Origin: Lysobacterales bacterium
GTDB lineage: Bacteria > Pseudomonadota > Gammaproteobacteria > Xanthomonadales > Xanthomonadaceae
Direction: 5' to 3'
DNA: 64,000 bases
NCBI GenBank assembly: GCA_046318115.1
Contig: JBKCVA010000021.1
Coordinates: 114 to 64,113, forward strand
Below the pieces are notes generated by a model that saw only the letters and a program-made list of their open reading frames with translations, ran no database searches and was not told the DNA's origin. Numbering within the stretch: the first letter of the stretch is position 1; every line of letters begins with the position of its first letter. Below are positions 35,739 through 43,924 of this stretch, piece by piece. A program made the position numbers and the translations under genes.

Positions 35739-37574
35739 TCAGGCCTGCGGGAACGGGCCAAGGTCCAACAGACCGACGACCAGAGCGCCCGTCCCCGCAT
35801 GCGCGCCCACCGCGGGCCCCACCTCGACCACGCCGAGACAGTCGACCTGCAGTGACTCGCAAAGACGCTGCGCCAAGCGCTGCGCATCGCCCTCGCAGTC
35901 GACATGGCCGACCAGAAGCCGCCAGCGACGCTTGGGATCCAGACGTTTCAGCAGATGCCGCGCAAAACGCTCCGGCGCGGCCTTGGGGCCTCCGGCGAGA
36001 GCACCCGCCACGGCGAGTCGCCCACTGGGCTTGGCGCGGGCCACTGGCGTCAGGCCAAGCGCCGCCACCAGCCATCCGGCCCACGCCGGAAGTCGCCCCC
36101 CTCGCACGGCAAATCTAACGTCGCGAGTGATCGCCCAAGTCTGCACCCGCGGGCGAAGGGCTTCGACTTCGGCCGCGACCTCGGCCGCAGTCAGCCCACG
36201 CGCGGCAGCTTCGGCGCCAGCAATCGCCAGCAGCGCCTGGCCGCAGCTCGCATGGCCGGAGTCGACCACTCGGATGCGTTCTGCGGCGACGCGCGCCGCT
36301 GCCGTCTCACCCGCCTGCAGCGTTCCCGACAGCGCCCTTGCGATGCCCACGTAAACGAGCTCGCGATGGTGCGACAGGCGTGTTTCGAACTGCCGGCGGA
36401 AGTCGCCCGGCGGCGGCTGCGAAGTCTTGGGCGCCACCGCGCTACTCTTCAGCCGGCGATGGAACTCGGCGGCACTCATCGATACCTTGTCGAGGAATTC
36501 CTCATCGCCAAAGGACACCCGCACCGGCACGGCCGACAGCCCGAGGCGCTGCGCGAGCTCCGCGGGATAGTCGGCGCCCGAATCGGTCACCACGCCCACG
36601 GCTTGCGCGAGGCTGGCCTCGCGCTGCTGGGCAAGCATGTCCTCGGCCTTGTGCGCACTCACCTTGCCGAAGCGCCCCGCCAGCTCGAACAGCTGGGCTG
36701 GCGCGCCGACGTGGGCATGGATGCGTACGCGCTGGCGGCCACCGGCAATCACTACCGAATCCGCGCCCGCCGCACTCAGGGCGGCGCGCAAGACGTCGGC
36801 ATCCAAGGACTCCGCGCTCAGCAGGCACTCGGTGCACCAGCGGTGTGCCGGGTCGACCTGATCGTGCAGATCTGCTCCAACGAAGGGGATGTCGTCCAGA
36901 TGCTCGATCCGGGCAGCGGCCCGAAGCCGTCCGGTGCGCAGGTAATCCGCGATGCCTTCCAACAGATCGACGAACCCCTGGGCCCCCGCATCGACCACCC
37001 CGGCCTGGCGCAGCACAGCCAGTTGGCGCGGGGTGTCGGCGAGCGCGGTTCGCGCGGACTCGAGCGCCCGCTCGAAACGCTCCCGCAGATCGCGTGCGCC
37101 ATCGGCGCGGGCACGCGCCAGGCCATCGGCGAACGCGCGGATCACGCTGAGGATGGTTCCTTCGCGGGGCTCGGCCAGGGCCTTGCGCGCGGCATCGGCA
37201 CCCGCGGCGGCGGCGGCGGCCAGCTCATCGGGAGGCAGCACCTCGGCATCGGCGACGCGCTCGGACACCCCCGACAGAAACTGGGCGAGGATCGCGCCGG
37301 AGTTGCCACGCGCGCCATCCACCGCATCGTCGGCGACCTGACGCAGCAGCGGGCCCAGGGCCGAGCAGCGGCGGCTGAGGCTGCCGCTGAGCACGCTGTT
37401 CAGGGTAAACGCGAGGTTGCTGCCGGTATCGCCGTCCGGCACCGGAAACACGTTGATGCGATCGAGCAGTTCGCGGCGCTCGATCACGCGACGCATGCCC
37501 GCGATCAAGGCGCGCCGCATCTGCGCGGCGGTGACGGGCGCTTCCAGGGCGCGGGGACTCAAGACGGCAACCAT
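35739..37574 (-). CDS. DAK2 (FakA-like)-DegV (FakB-like) fusion protein
   Basis: INVFPVPDGDTGSNL, GARGNSGAILAQF, EGTILSV, VVDAGAQGF, HIHAH-like RIHAH; DegV part VVTDSGAD, TSQPPPG, SGT, GAHAGTG. Confidence 0.9.
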   Translation of the reverse strand: MVAVLSPRALEAPVTAAQMRRALIAGMRRVIERRELLDRINVFPVPDGDTGSNLAFTLNSVLSGSLSRRCSALGPLLRQVADDAVDGARGNSGAILAQFLSGVSERVADAEVLPPDELAAAAAAGADAARKALAEPREGTILSVIRAFADGLARARADGARDLRERFERALESARTALADTPRQLAVLRQAGVVDAGAQGFVDLLEGIADYLRTGRLRAAARIEHLDDIPFVGADLHDQVDPAHRWCTECLLSAESLDADVLRAALSAAGADSVVIAGGRQRVRIHAHVGAPAQLFELAGRFGKVSAHKAEDMLAQQREASLAQAVGVVTDSGADYPAELAQRLGLSAVPVRVSFGDEEFLDKVSMSAAEFHRRLKSSAVAPKTSQPPPGDFRRQFETRLSHHRELVYVGIARALSGTLQAGETAAARVAAERIRVVDSGHASCGQALLAIAGAEAAARGLTAAEVAAEVEALRPRVQTWAITRDVRFAVRGGRLPAWAGWLVAALGLTPVARAKPSGRLAVAGALAGGPKAAPERFARHLLKRLDPKRRWRLLVGHVDCEGDAQRLAQRLCESLQVDCLGVVEVGPAVGAHAGTGALVVGLLDLGPFPQA

Positions 37575-37799
37575 CCCACGAGGATGCCAGAGCGCCCGTT
37601 CAGGTCACGCTGCGCTGCGACAGTCGGCGAGAAAGCGCCAAAGCGTTGACATTTCCTCACTTTGTCTGAACGCCCACACGCTACACTCGGGTGCTGTTCT
37701 GCCTGCGCTCCGCACGAGAGTTCTGCGTTCCGGAGGTCGGAACCCGTGCAACGCTCGCGGCGGAAGCCGCCTCGACAGCCCCTGCCCTAAGGAATGGTC

Positions 37800-38126
37800 A
37801 TGTCCCAGATCCGCACGACGTTGAGCGCTCTGCTGCTGTGCTTGTCCGTGGCGGCGCCCGCGGCGGCGGTCGAGGTCCTGCCCATGGAGGCCGAGCCAGC
37901 CGACTGCGGCGCTGAGGCGATCTCCGCGGTCGAATCGGAGGCTGACGCCGCGGGAGACACGGCTGCGCTGATCGAAGATGCCGAACTGCCCGCAGGCCTG
38001 CAGGCGGTCGGCGGCAACGCCGCGCCCGCGCGCGCGCCGGCGCCGGGCGGCGGCGACGCAACAACGGCTCCGCCGGCCAAGCCGAACTCGCGCTGGAACG
38101 CCTTTTTGCCGGGCATGGTGCGCTGA
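37800..38126 (+). CDS. Small secreted hypothetical protein ending RWNAFLPGMVR (start 37800 or 37794)
   Basis: Signal peptide, low-complexity middle, conserved-looking C-terminal motif; AAGGA RBS fits ATG 37800. Confidence 0.7.
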   Translation: MSQIRTTLSALLLCLSVAAPAAAVEVLPMEAEPADCGAEAISAVESEADAAGDTAALIEDAELPAGLQAVGGNAAPARAPAPGGGDATTAPPAKPNSRWNAFLPGMVR

Positions 38127-38162
38127 GCCCGCGCCCGCGGACTCCGTTGTGCTGGCGTCGCC

Positions 38163-38951
38163 GTGATTTCCCGCTGGTGGAGCTCCCGTAGGCGCTCACC
38201 TGTACAGCTTCCTCAGTCCACATTCCAAGCGGTGCGTTCGCGCTGTGACTGGGTCGCGGCCCTCGATAGCGACGCGCAAGAACGACTCCGTACGCTCGCG
38301 GGAGGCTTCCTGCAGCGCAAGGGGATCACGCCGGTGCGGGGTCTTGAACTGACAGAAGATGACCGCGCACTGATCGCCAGCCTGTGTTGCCTTCCGGTTC
38401 TGAATCTTGGCGGGCATTGGCTGGGCGGCTGGCAGGAGGTCGTGATCTACCCGGGCGCGTTCCGCGTGCGCCGCAGCGCTTTGGATGAGCCGACCGGCGT
38501 GCTTCACGAATGGGATGAGGAACTGGCGGGCGAAGCCTGGAGCGAGGGGCCGCTCATCCTGTCGTGGGAAGACGTGCTTCTCGACCTCGAAGAGCCCGCC
38601 GAGGGCTGCAATGTGGTCGCTCATGAGATCGCCCACAAACTTGATCTGCGCGACGGCGTGCTGGATGGCACGCCCCCACTGCCTTCGGCACGACAACGCG
38701 CGTGGGCCAGGGATTTCCAAGCCGCCTTTGACGCGCTGTGCGCGGAGGTGGACGCCGAACGCGAGACACGGATCGACCCCTACGCCGCGACCGCTCCGGA
38801 GGAGTTCTTCGCAGTGGTCAGCGAGTACCACTTCTCGGCGCCGGAAGTGCTGCGCGAAGCCCTGCCGGCCGTGGCCGAACATCTTGCGGATTTCTATGGC
38901 CCTTCGCCGGCCGAGCTGGCATCCGGGACGCTCGCTTTCCAGCCGCGGTGA
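38163..38951 (+). CDS. M90-family zinc-dependent peptidase (MtfA/YeeI-like)
   Basis: EVVIYPGAF, GEAW..GPLILSW, NVVAHEIAHKLD, IDPYAATAPEEFFAV. Confidence 0.92.
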   Translation: MISRWWSSRRRSPVQLPQSTFQAVRSRCDWVAALDSDAQERLRTLAGGFLQRKGITPVRGLELTEDDRALIASLCCLPVLNLGGHWLGGWQEVVIYPGAFRVRRSALDEPTGVLHEWDEELAGEAWSEGPLILSWEDVLLDLEEPAEGCNVVAHEIAHKLDLRDGVLDGTPPLPSARQRAWARDFQAAFDALCAEVDAERETRIDPYAATAPEEFFAVVSEYHFSAPEVLREALPAVAEHLADFYGPSPAELASGTLAFQPR

Positions 38952-38974
38952 ATTCAAGCGCCGACGCTTGCGCG

Positions 38975-39145
38975 CGTGAAGAATCATTGAGGCCGTAGCG
39001 AAGGCGTCTCCAGGCGTTTGCGGCAAACCGCGCTACGTGAATTCAAGGGCGCTTGGCGAGCTCGTCACCGTGGAATCCGCTTGATGCGCTGCCGCCACGG
39101 GTGGCCGAAGGCGACAGCAGTAGACGGCGGGTCTTTTCGCAGGCT
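38975..39145. mobile_element. Second, decayed copy of the MITE-like element (inverted relative to 23703-23877)
   Basis: Reverse complement shares AGCCYGCGAAAA, TGAATTCAC, GCGCKTTGCC and GAGACGCCYTCGCT blocks in order; one TIR degenerate. Confidence 0.5.
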
Positions 39146-39183
39146 GCCCGTCACCGAGTGACGCGACTCGCGCACAGCTCTGC

Positions 39184-40566
39184 TCAGCCCGCCGGCGAGA
39201 AGCGCAGCACGAAGCGCGCCCCCCCCAGCTCGTCCGAGCGTTCGACGGAGAGTTCTCCGCGGTACGCGCGCACGATGTCCTGCACGATGGACAGGCCAAT
39301 GCCGTGCCCTTGCACGCGCTCATCTCCGCGCACCCCACGCTGCAGGAGGTGTTCGACCCTCTCTGGAGGGATACCGGGGCCATCGTCCTCGACCGAGATC
39401 AGCAGACCTGCGCGGCGCTGCGGCGCAACCGTAAGGGTCTGCGTGCTCAGCAGCACCCGACGGTTGGCCCACTTGAACGCGTTCTCCAGCAGGTTCCCGA
39501 GAAGCTCCAGCAGATCGCCAAGTTCGCCGTAGAAGCGCGCCGTCGGATCCAGGTCGAACTCGCACAGGACGTTTTTGCGCGCGTAGACCTTCTCGAGGCT
39601 CTGCACCAGCGACTCGACGTGCGGCTCGATCGCAATTGGAGCAGCGAACACCTGGTGGCCCGTCGTGGCAGCCCGCGCCAGCTGGTAGGCAACGATGCCA
39701 TCCATCCGGGCGACCTGTTCGCGGACGTCGTCGCGCAGGCCCGCAATGTCGTCGTCGCGGCCGTCTTCGATGCGCGTGCGCAGCACCGCGAGGGGAGTCT
39801 TCAGGCTGTGCGCGAGATCACCCAGCGTGTTTCGATAGCGCATCAGGTGCTCGCGCTCGCTCTCGATAAGCTCGTTGATGTTGTTGGTAAGCAGGGCCAG
39901 CTCGCGCGGGTAGTCGCCACCGAGGCGTTCGACCTCGCCGCGCTCGACCTCGGCCAGCTCGCCGACGACCGCCCGCAGCGGCTGAAGGCTCCAGCGCGAG
40001 ATCAGAATCTGCACGGCCAGCAACAGGCCCGCGGCGGCGCCGAGATAGGCCCAGAGCGTGCGGCGGAACACGGCAACCTGGGCATCCACCGCCTCCGCTG
40101 TCTCGACGATGACGATCGAGAATTCGACGTCCTCATCGGCCTCACTTGTCCAAGCCACGCCAAGGCCCAGGCGATACACCGGACCTTCGTCACTGCCCAG
40201 CGGCCCCTCGAAACGGACCTCGCCCATGGCGAGCTCCATCGCCGTAGGCACGCTGCGCGAGACCATTGATGGCGACTCCCAGCTGAAACTCTCTGAGCGC
40301 ACTGCCGCGTAAAGGCCCGAGCCCCCGGTAAGGAATCGTGGCTCCGGCGGCACTTCCGGAATGATCAGCTCGCCACCGCGAGCGAGGTCTGCACCGGCGA
40401 GATAGGCATGCGCATAGGTCTGCAGGCGCTCACGCAGATTGGAGACCGCCGCCTCAGTGAAGGCGCGATCCAGCGCGAAGCCGGTGAGACTCAGGAAAGC
40501 GACCAGACCCAACGCGGCAGCGAGCAGCTGGCGCCCCTGCAGGGACAGCGCGCGGCGGGCGCTCAT
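39184..40566 (-). CDS. phoQ: PhoQ-like sensor histidine kinase
   Basis: Two TM, HAMP, DLAHSLKTPL, GNLLENAFKWA, VEDDGPGI, GHGIGL; downstream of phoP. Confidence 0.88.
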   Translation of the reverse strand: MSARRALSLQGRQLLAAALGLVAFLSLTGFALDRAFTEAAVSNLRERLQTYAHAYLAGADLARGGELIIPEVPPEPRFLTGGSGLYAAVRSESFSWESPSMVSRSVPTAMELAMGEVRFEGPLGSDEGPVYRLGLGVAWTSEADEDVEFSIVIVETAEAVDAQVAVFRRTLWAYLGAAAGLLLAVQILISRWSLQPLRAVVGELAEVERGEVERLGGDYPRELALLTNNINELIESEREHLMRYRNTLGDLAHSLKTPLAVLRTRIEDGRDDDIAGLRDDVREQVARMDGIVAYQLARAATTGHQVFAAPIAIEPHVESLVQSLEKVYARKNVLCEFDLDPTARFYGELGDLLELLGNLLENAFKWANRRVLLSTQTLTVAPQRRAGLLISVEDDGPGIPPERVEHLLQRGVRGDERVQGHGIGLSIVQDIVRAYRGELSVERSDELGGARFVLRFSPAG

Positions 40567-40653
40567 GCAGCCTTTCTCGCGCTGCGGGGCACCGCTGCAA
40601 ACGCGAAACCCGGCGCGGAGCGCCGGGCTTTGCGGGAATCCAGGGACATCGGC

Positions 40654-41334
40654 CTACTCGTCGCGCGGGATTGCGAAGCGATAACCGCGGCCGCGGACCG
40701 TTTCGATGGGCTTCAGCTCGCCGTCGGGGTCGAGTTTCTTGCGCAGACGACCGATGAACACTTCCAGCACATTGGAGTCGCGGTCGAAGTCCTGCTGGTA
40801 AATGTGTTCGGTGAGATCGGCCTTGGAGACCAGCTCACCCGCATGCAGCATCAGGTACTCGAGCACCTTGTACTCGTAGCTGGTCAGATCGACGCCCTGA
40901 CCGCTCACGCTCACGGTCTGCGCGGCGAGGTCCAGCTTGATCGGTCCGCAGTCGAGCGAGGGCTTGCTCCAGCCCGCCGCACGGCGCAGCAGGGCATTGA
41001 GTCGCGCCAGCAGTTCCTCGACATGGAAGGGCTTGACCAGGTAGTCATCCGCGCCCGACTTTAGGCCCTCGACCTTGTCCTGCCAGGACGAGCGCGCGGT
41101 CAGGATCAGGATCGGAAACTTCTTGCCCTCGGCGCGCAGTGCGCGGACCAGATCCATGCCTGACATCTTGGGCAGACCGAGATCGATCACGGCGACATCG
41201 AAAGGCACTTCGCGCCCGAGGTACAGGCCCTCTTCGCCGTCCTGGGCAAGGTCCACCGCATAGCCTTCACGCTTCAGGCGGGCGCCGAGGGTCTCGCGCA
41301 GCGGGGCTTCGTCTTCAACCAGCAGGATTCGCAT
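40654..41334 (-). CDS. phoP: PhoP-like OmpR-family response regulator
   Basis: MRILLVEDEAPLRE, IDLGLP, LTARSSWQDKVEGL, DDYLVKPFHVEEL, TVRGRGY. Confidence 0.92.
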   Translation of the reverse strand: MRILLVEDEAPLRETLGARLKREGYAVDLAQDGEEGLYLGREVPFDVAVIDLGLPKMSGMDLVRALRAEGKKFPILILTARSSWQDKVEGLKSGADDYLVKPFHVEELLARLNALLRRAAGWSKPSLDCGPIKLDLAAQTVSVSGQGVDLTSYEYKVLEYLMLHAGELVSKADLTEHIYQQDFDRDSNVLEVFIGRLRKKLDPDGELKPIETVRGRGYRFAIPRDE

Positions 41335-41423
41335 CGGATCGACTCCTCATGCAGGGATCTGGAATGTCGCCAGAGGACGCCTTGTGCGCCGCCAGCGATG
41401 CGCCGCAGGTGCGGCCATCGTAC

Positions 41424-41750
41424 TCACTCGTCGCGGAAGGTCCGGGGCAGTTCGCTGCGGCCGCCGCTCCGGCGATCGTCGCGACGATCGTCGCGGCGAT
41501 TGTCCTGCATGACGCGCACGCGCCCTTCGGGCGTCAGCACTTTCATGCGATAGGTGTCGCGGCCACCGCGACGCACCGGCTCGACCCGAAGCACGCGACC
41601 TCCGGTCTCCTGCTCCACCCGCCGCACCGACTCGCGGAGCTCGGACACAGGCACATCGGTCTCGCGCATGCCCTCGTCCGCGGACACGCGAGCGCTGCCG
41701 CAGGGCAGCAGCAACGCGAACAGCAGCAAGTGCAGGCGGTCGGACTTCAT
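41424..41750 (-). CDS. Small exported PepSY-like protein, first gene of the phoPQ operon
   Basis: Signal peptide; LRESVRRVEQETGGRVLRVE..YRMKVLTPEGRVRV. Confidence 0.7.
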   Translation of the reverse strand: MKSDRLHLLLFALLLPCGSARVSADEGMRETDVPVSELRESVRRVEQETGGRVLRVEPVRRGGRDTYRMKVLTPEGRVRVMQDNRRDDRRDDRRSGGRSELPRTFRDE

Positions 41751-41817
41751 GGAGGCGCGATCTTAGACCAGTGCGGCCGTGGGCGGGAGCGTGGGGGGCA
41801 GTCTCACCAGCGGGGGG

Positions 41818-41832
41818 TGAATCCGTACTGAA
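41818..41832 (-). promoter_or_regulatory. Candidate PhoP box (TTCA-N7-TTCA, 11-bp periodicity) upstream of the pepSY-phoPQ operon
   Basis: Minus strand GACTTCAGTACGGATTCACC; a -10-like GAGACT lies about 13 nt downstream. Confidence 0.4.
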
Positions 41833-41948
41833 GTCGGCCGCCGCCCGCGCCTTGCCCTTCACGGGGCGGCATCGCCGGCGTATCGCGCACGTTTGAATGC
41901 GGGCGCCACGGCCGGGCCCGCGCTGCGCGCATCCTTCGATCAGAGCAC

Positions 41949-42851
41949 TCAGAAGATTTCGGCGACGCAGCAGCGCAGGCTGCCGCCTGCCTTTTCAATC
42001 TCGTCGAGTTCGATACTGCGCAGCGCGAAGCCCGCATGCTCCAGCTGCAGGCGCTGGTCCGGCCGCAGGCTGTCGGCAGCGCGCGCGCTCATCCATACAG
42101 AGTCTTCAGCGAGACTGATGCAATTGGCGGCGAATGCATTCTTCTGCGCGGGCTCGAGCCACAGCACCTGCGGCGCATACACCGCGGCAACCGCTTCCGC
42201 CGCGGCGGGATCGGCAAAGCCTTCCGCACAGATCAGCGCCATGCGCCCAGCCAGCACCGACAGCACGACGTTGGTGTGGTACTCGCCCGCGGCCAGATCC
42301 GCTCGCAGCAGCGCGCGCAGGTCGAACGCTTCGACCATCGCCTGTGCTGCCGCGCGCGTGCAGCGCTCGCCCAGGCCGGCGTAGCCGATGCCGCGGGCGC
42401 GGTCGATCACCAATGAACCGGTCAGCTCACCGACCTCGCCATCGCGCAAGTCAAGCTCGGCGTAGCCGAGGAGGCCGGTAAAGAAGCCACGGATGTCCGG
42501 CCGCTCGGCCTCGCGTTGGCGAACTGGATGGCGCATCCGGCCCAGGATCAGGCGCCCAGGCGCTGTGGCGAACACATTGTTTGGAAACATGCCGTCCGGC
42601 GCATCCGGATCGCCAGCGAAGCAGAGCACCGGCAACTCGCTGGCCAGAGCCCGCTGCAGGGCCTGATGCTGGGCGCGCGCGCGGTCGCTGCTGAAGACCT
42701 GCTTGAGGTCCATGTAGGCATTGTCGCTGGCCGACTGCGCAGCGAGCTCGACGCCTGCGGGCGAGACCAGGAAGGCCGCCCGCGCGCAAGCCGGCCGATC
42801 CGCGGCAAGCGCCCGCGCAGCCATGACATCGAAGCCCTCGAACGCACTCAT
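41949..42851 (-). CDS. Arginine deiminase-related amidinotransferase-fold protein
   Basis: PDGMFPNNVF, MRHPVRQRE, ELTGSLVIDR, YHTNVVL, EKAGGSLRCCVAEIF. Confidence 0.9.
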   Translation of the reverse strand: MSAFEGFDVMAARALAADRPACARAAFLVSPAGVELAAQSASDNAYMDLKQVFSSDRARAQHQALQRALASELPVLCFAGDPDAPDGMFPNNVFATAPGRLILGRMRHPVRQREAERPDIRGFFTGLLGYAELDLRDGEVGELTGSLVIDRARGIGYAGLGERCTRAAAQAMVEAFDLRALLRADLAAGEYHTNVVLSVLAGRMALICAEGFADPAAAEAVAAVYAPQVLWLEPAQKNAFAANCISLAEDSVWMSARAADSLRPDQRLQLEHAGFALRSIELDEIEKAGGSLRCCVAEIF

Positions 42852-43867
42852 GCCGCGCGCGCCTGCTGCTGTTCGACCGCAGCCAGCGCTCGCTCGATCA
42901 ACTCCCAGCCGGCCTCGGGCCGATGCGCCTCGGTGCTGAGGATCTGGCGGAACCGACGGCCGCCGGGCTGGCCCGCGAACAGGCCGAGGATGTGGCGGCT
43001 GAAGTGCTTGAGCATCACTCCACGCGCCTGCAGCCCGCGCACATTCGGCTCCAGCGAACGCAGCAGCTGCTCGCGCGACTGCAGCGGCGCATCGGGCGCG
43101 AACAGCGCGCGATCCAGGCGATGCAGCAGGTAGGGATCGTGGTAGGCGGCGCGGCCGATCATCACGCCGTCGACCTGAGCGAGCTGCTCCCGCACCGCGG
43201 CCTCGCTGGCGATACCGCCGTTGATGGCGATCTGCAGCTCGGGCCGCTCGCGCTTGAGTCGATGCACCAACGGGTAGTTCAGCGGCGGAACCTCCCGGTT
43301 CTCCTTGGGCGACAGCCCCTGCAGCCAGGCTTTGCGGGCATGCACGATGAAACTGCGGCAGCCGGCGGCGGCGAGGGTCCCGACGAAGCAGAACAGGCTG
43401 TCGGCCTCGTCCTGGTCGTCGACGCCGATCCGGCACTTGATGGTCACCGGCACCGTCACCGCAGCCTGCATTGCGGCGAAGCACTCGGCCACACGCTGCG
43501 GCTCCAGCATCAGGCAGGCGCCGAAACGGCCGGCCTGCACGCGGTCCGAGGGGCAGCCGACATTGAGGTTGATCTCGCCATAGCCCCAGTCAGCGCCGAT
43601 GCGTGCGGCTTGCGCCAGCAGCTCGGGATCGCTGCCACCCAGCTGCAGGGCCAGCGGATGCTCGACCGCATCGAAGCCCAGCAGACGCTCGCGATCACCG
43701 TGAAGCACCGCCTGCGCATGCACCATTTCGGTGTACAGCCGCGCGTTCGGCGCCAGCGCGCGGTGGAACACGCGGCAGTGGCGGTCGGTCCAGTCCATCA
43801 TGGGCGCGACGGACAAGCGGAAGCTGGCAGGGAAATCGGCGGGCACGCGGGCAGTGCTCAAGAACAC
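42848..43867 (-). CDS. dusA: tRNA dihydrouridine(20/20a) synthase
   Basis: SVAPMMDWTDRHCR, ALQLGGSDP, NLNVGCPSDRVQAG, VHARKAWLQGLSPKENR, INGGI, MIGRAAY. Confidence 0.97.
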   Translation of the reverse strand: MFLSTARVPADFPASFRLSVAPMMDWTDRHCRVFHRALAPNARLYTEMVHAQAVLHGDRERLLGFDAVEHPLALQLGGSDPELLAQAARIGADWGYGEINLNVGCPSDRVQAGRFGACLMLEPQRVAECFAAMQAAVTVPVTIKCRIGVDDQDEADSLFCFVGTLAAAGCRSFIVHARKAWLQGLSPKENREVPPLNYPLVHRLKRERPELQIAINGGIASEAAVREQLAQVDGVMIGRAAYHDPYLLHRLDRALFAPDAPLQSREQLLRSLEPNVRGLQARGVMLKHFSRHILGLFAGQPGGRRFRQILSTEAHRPEAGWELIERALAAVEQQQARAA

Positions 43868-43924
43868 GGTGGCATAGGGTATCGCGGCGAGGCTGAAGAC
43901 TCCGCCCCTGCCTGGGTGCCCCCA

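Noticed and set aside
37646-37687. Sigma70 promoter from TTGACA (37646) and TACACT (37682)
   Set aside because: The two hexamers are 30 bp apart, and neither has a properly spaced partner.
41470-41510. 12-bp tandem repeat in the PepSY-like gene (DRRD repeats)
   Set aside because: In-frame low-complexity tail with no effect on the reading frame.
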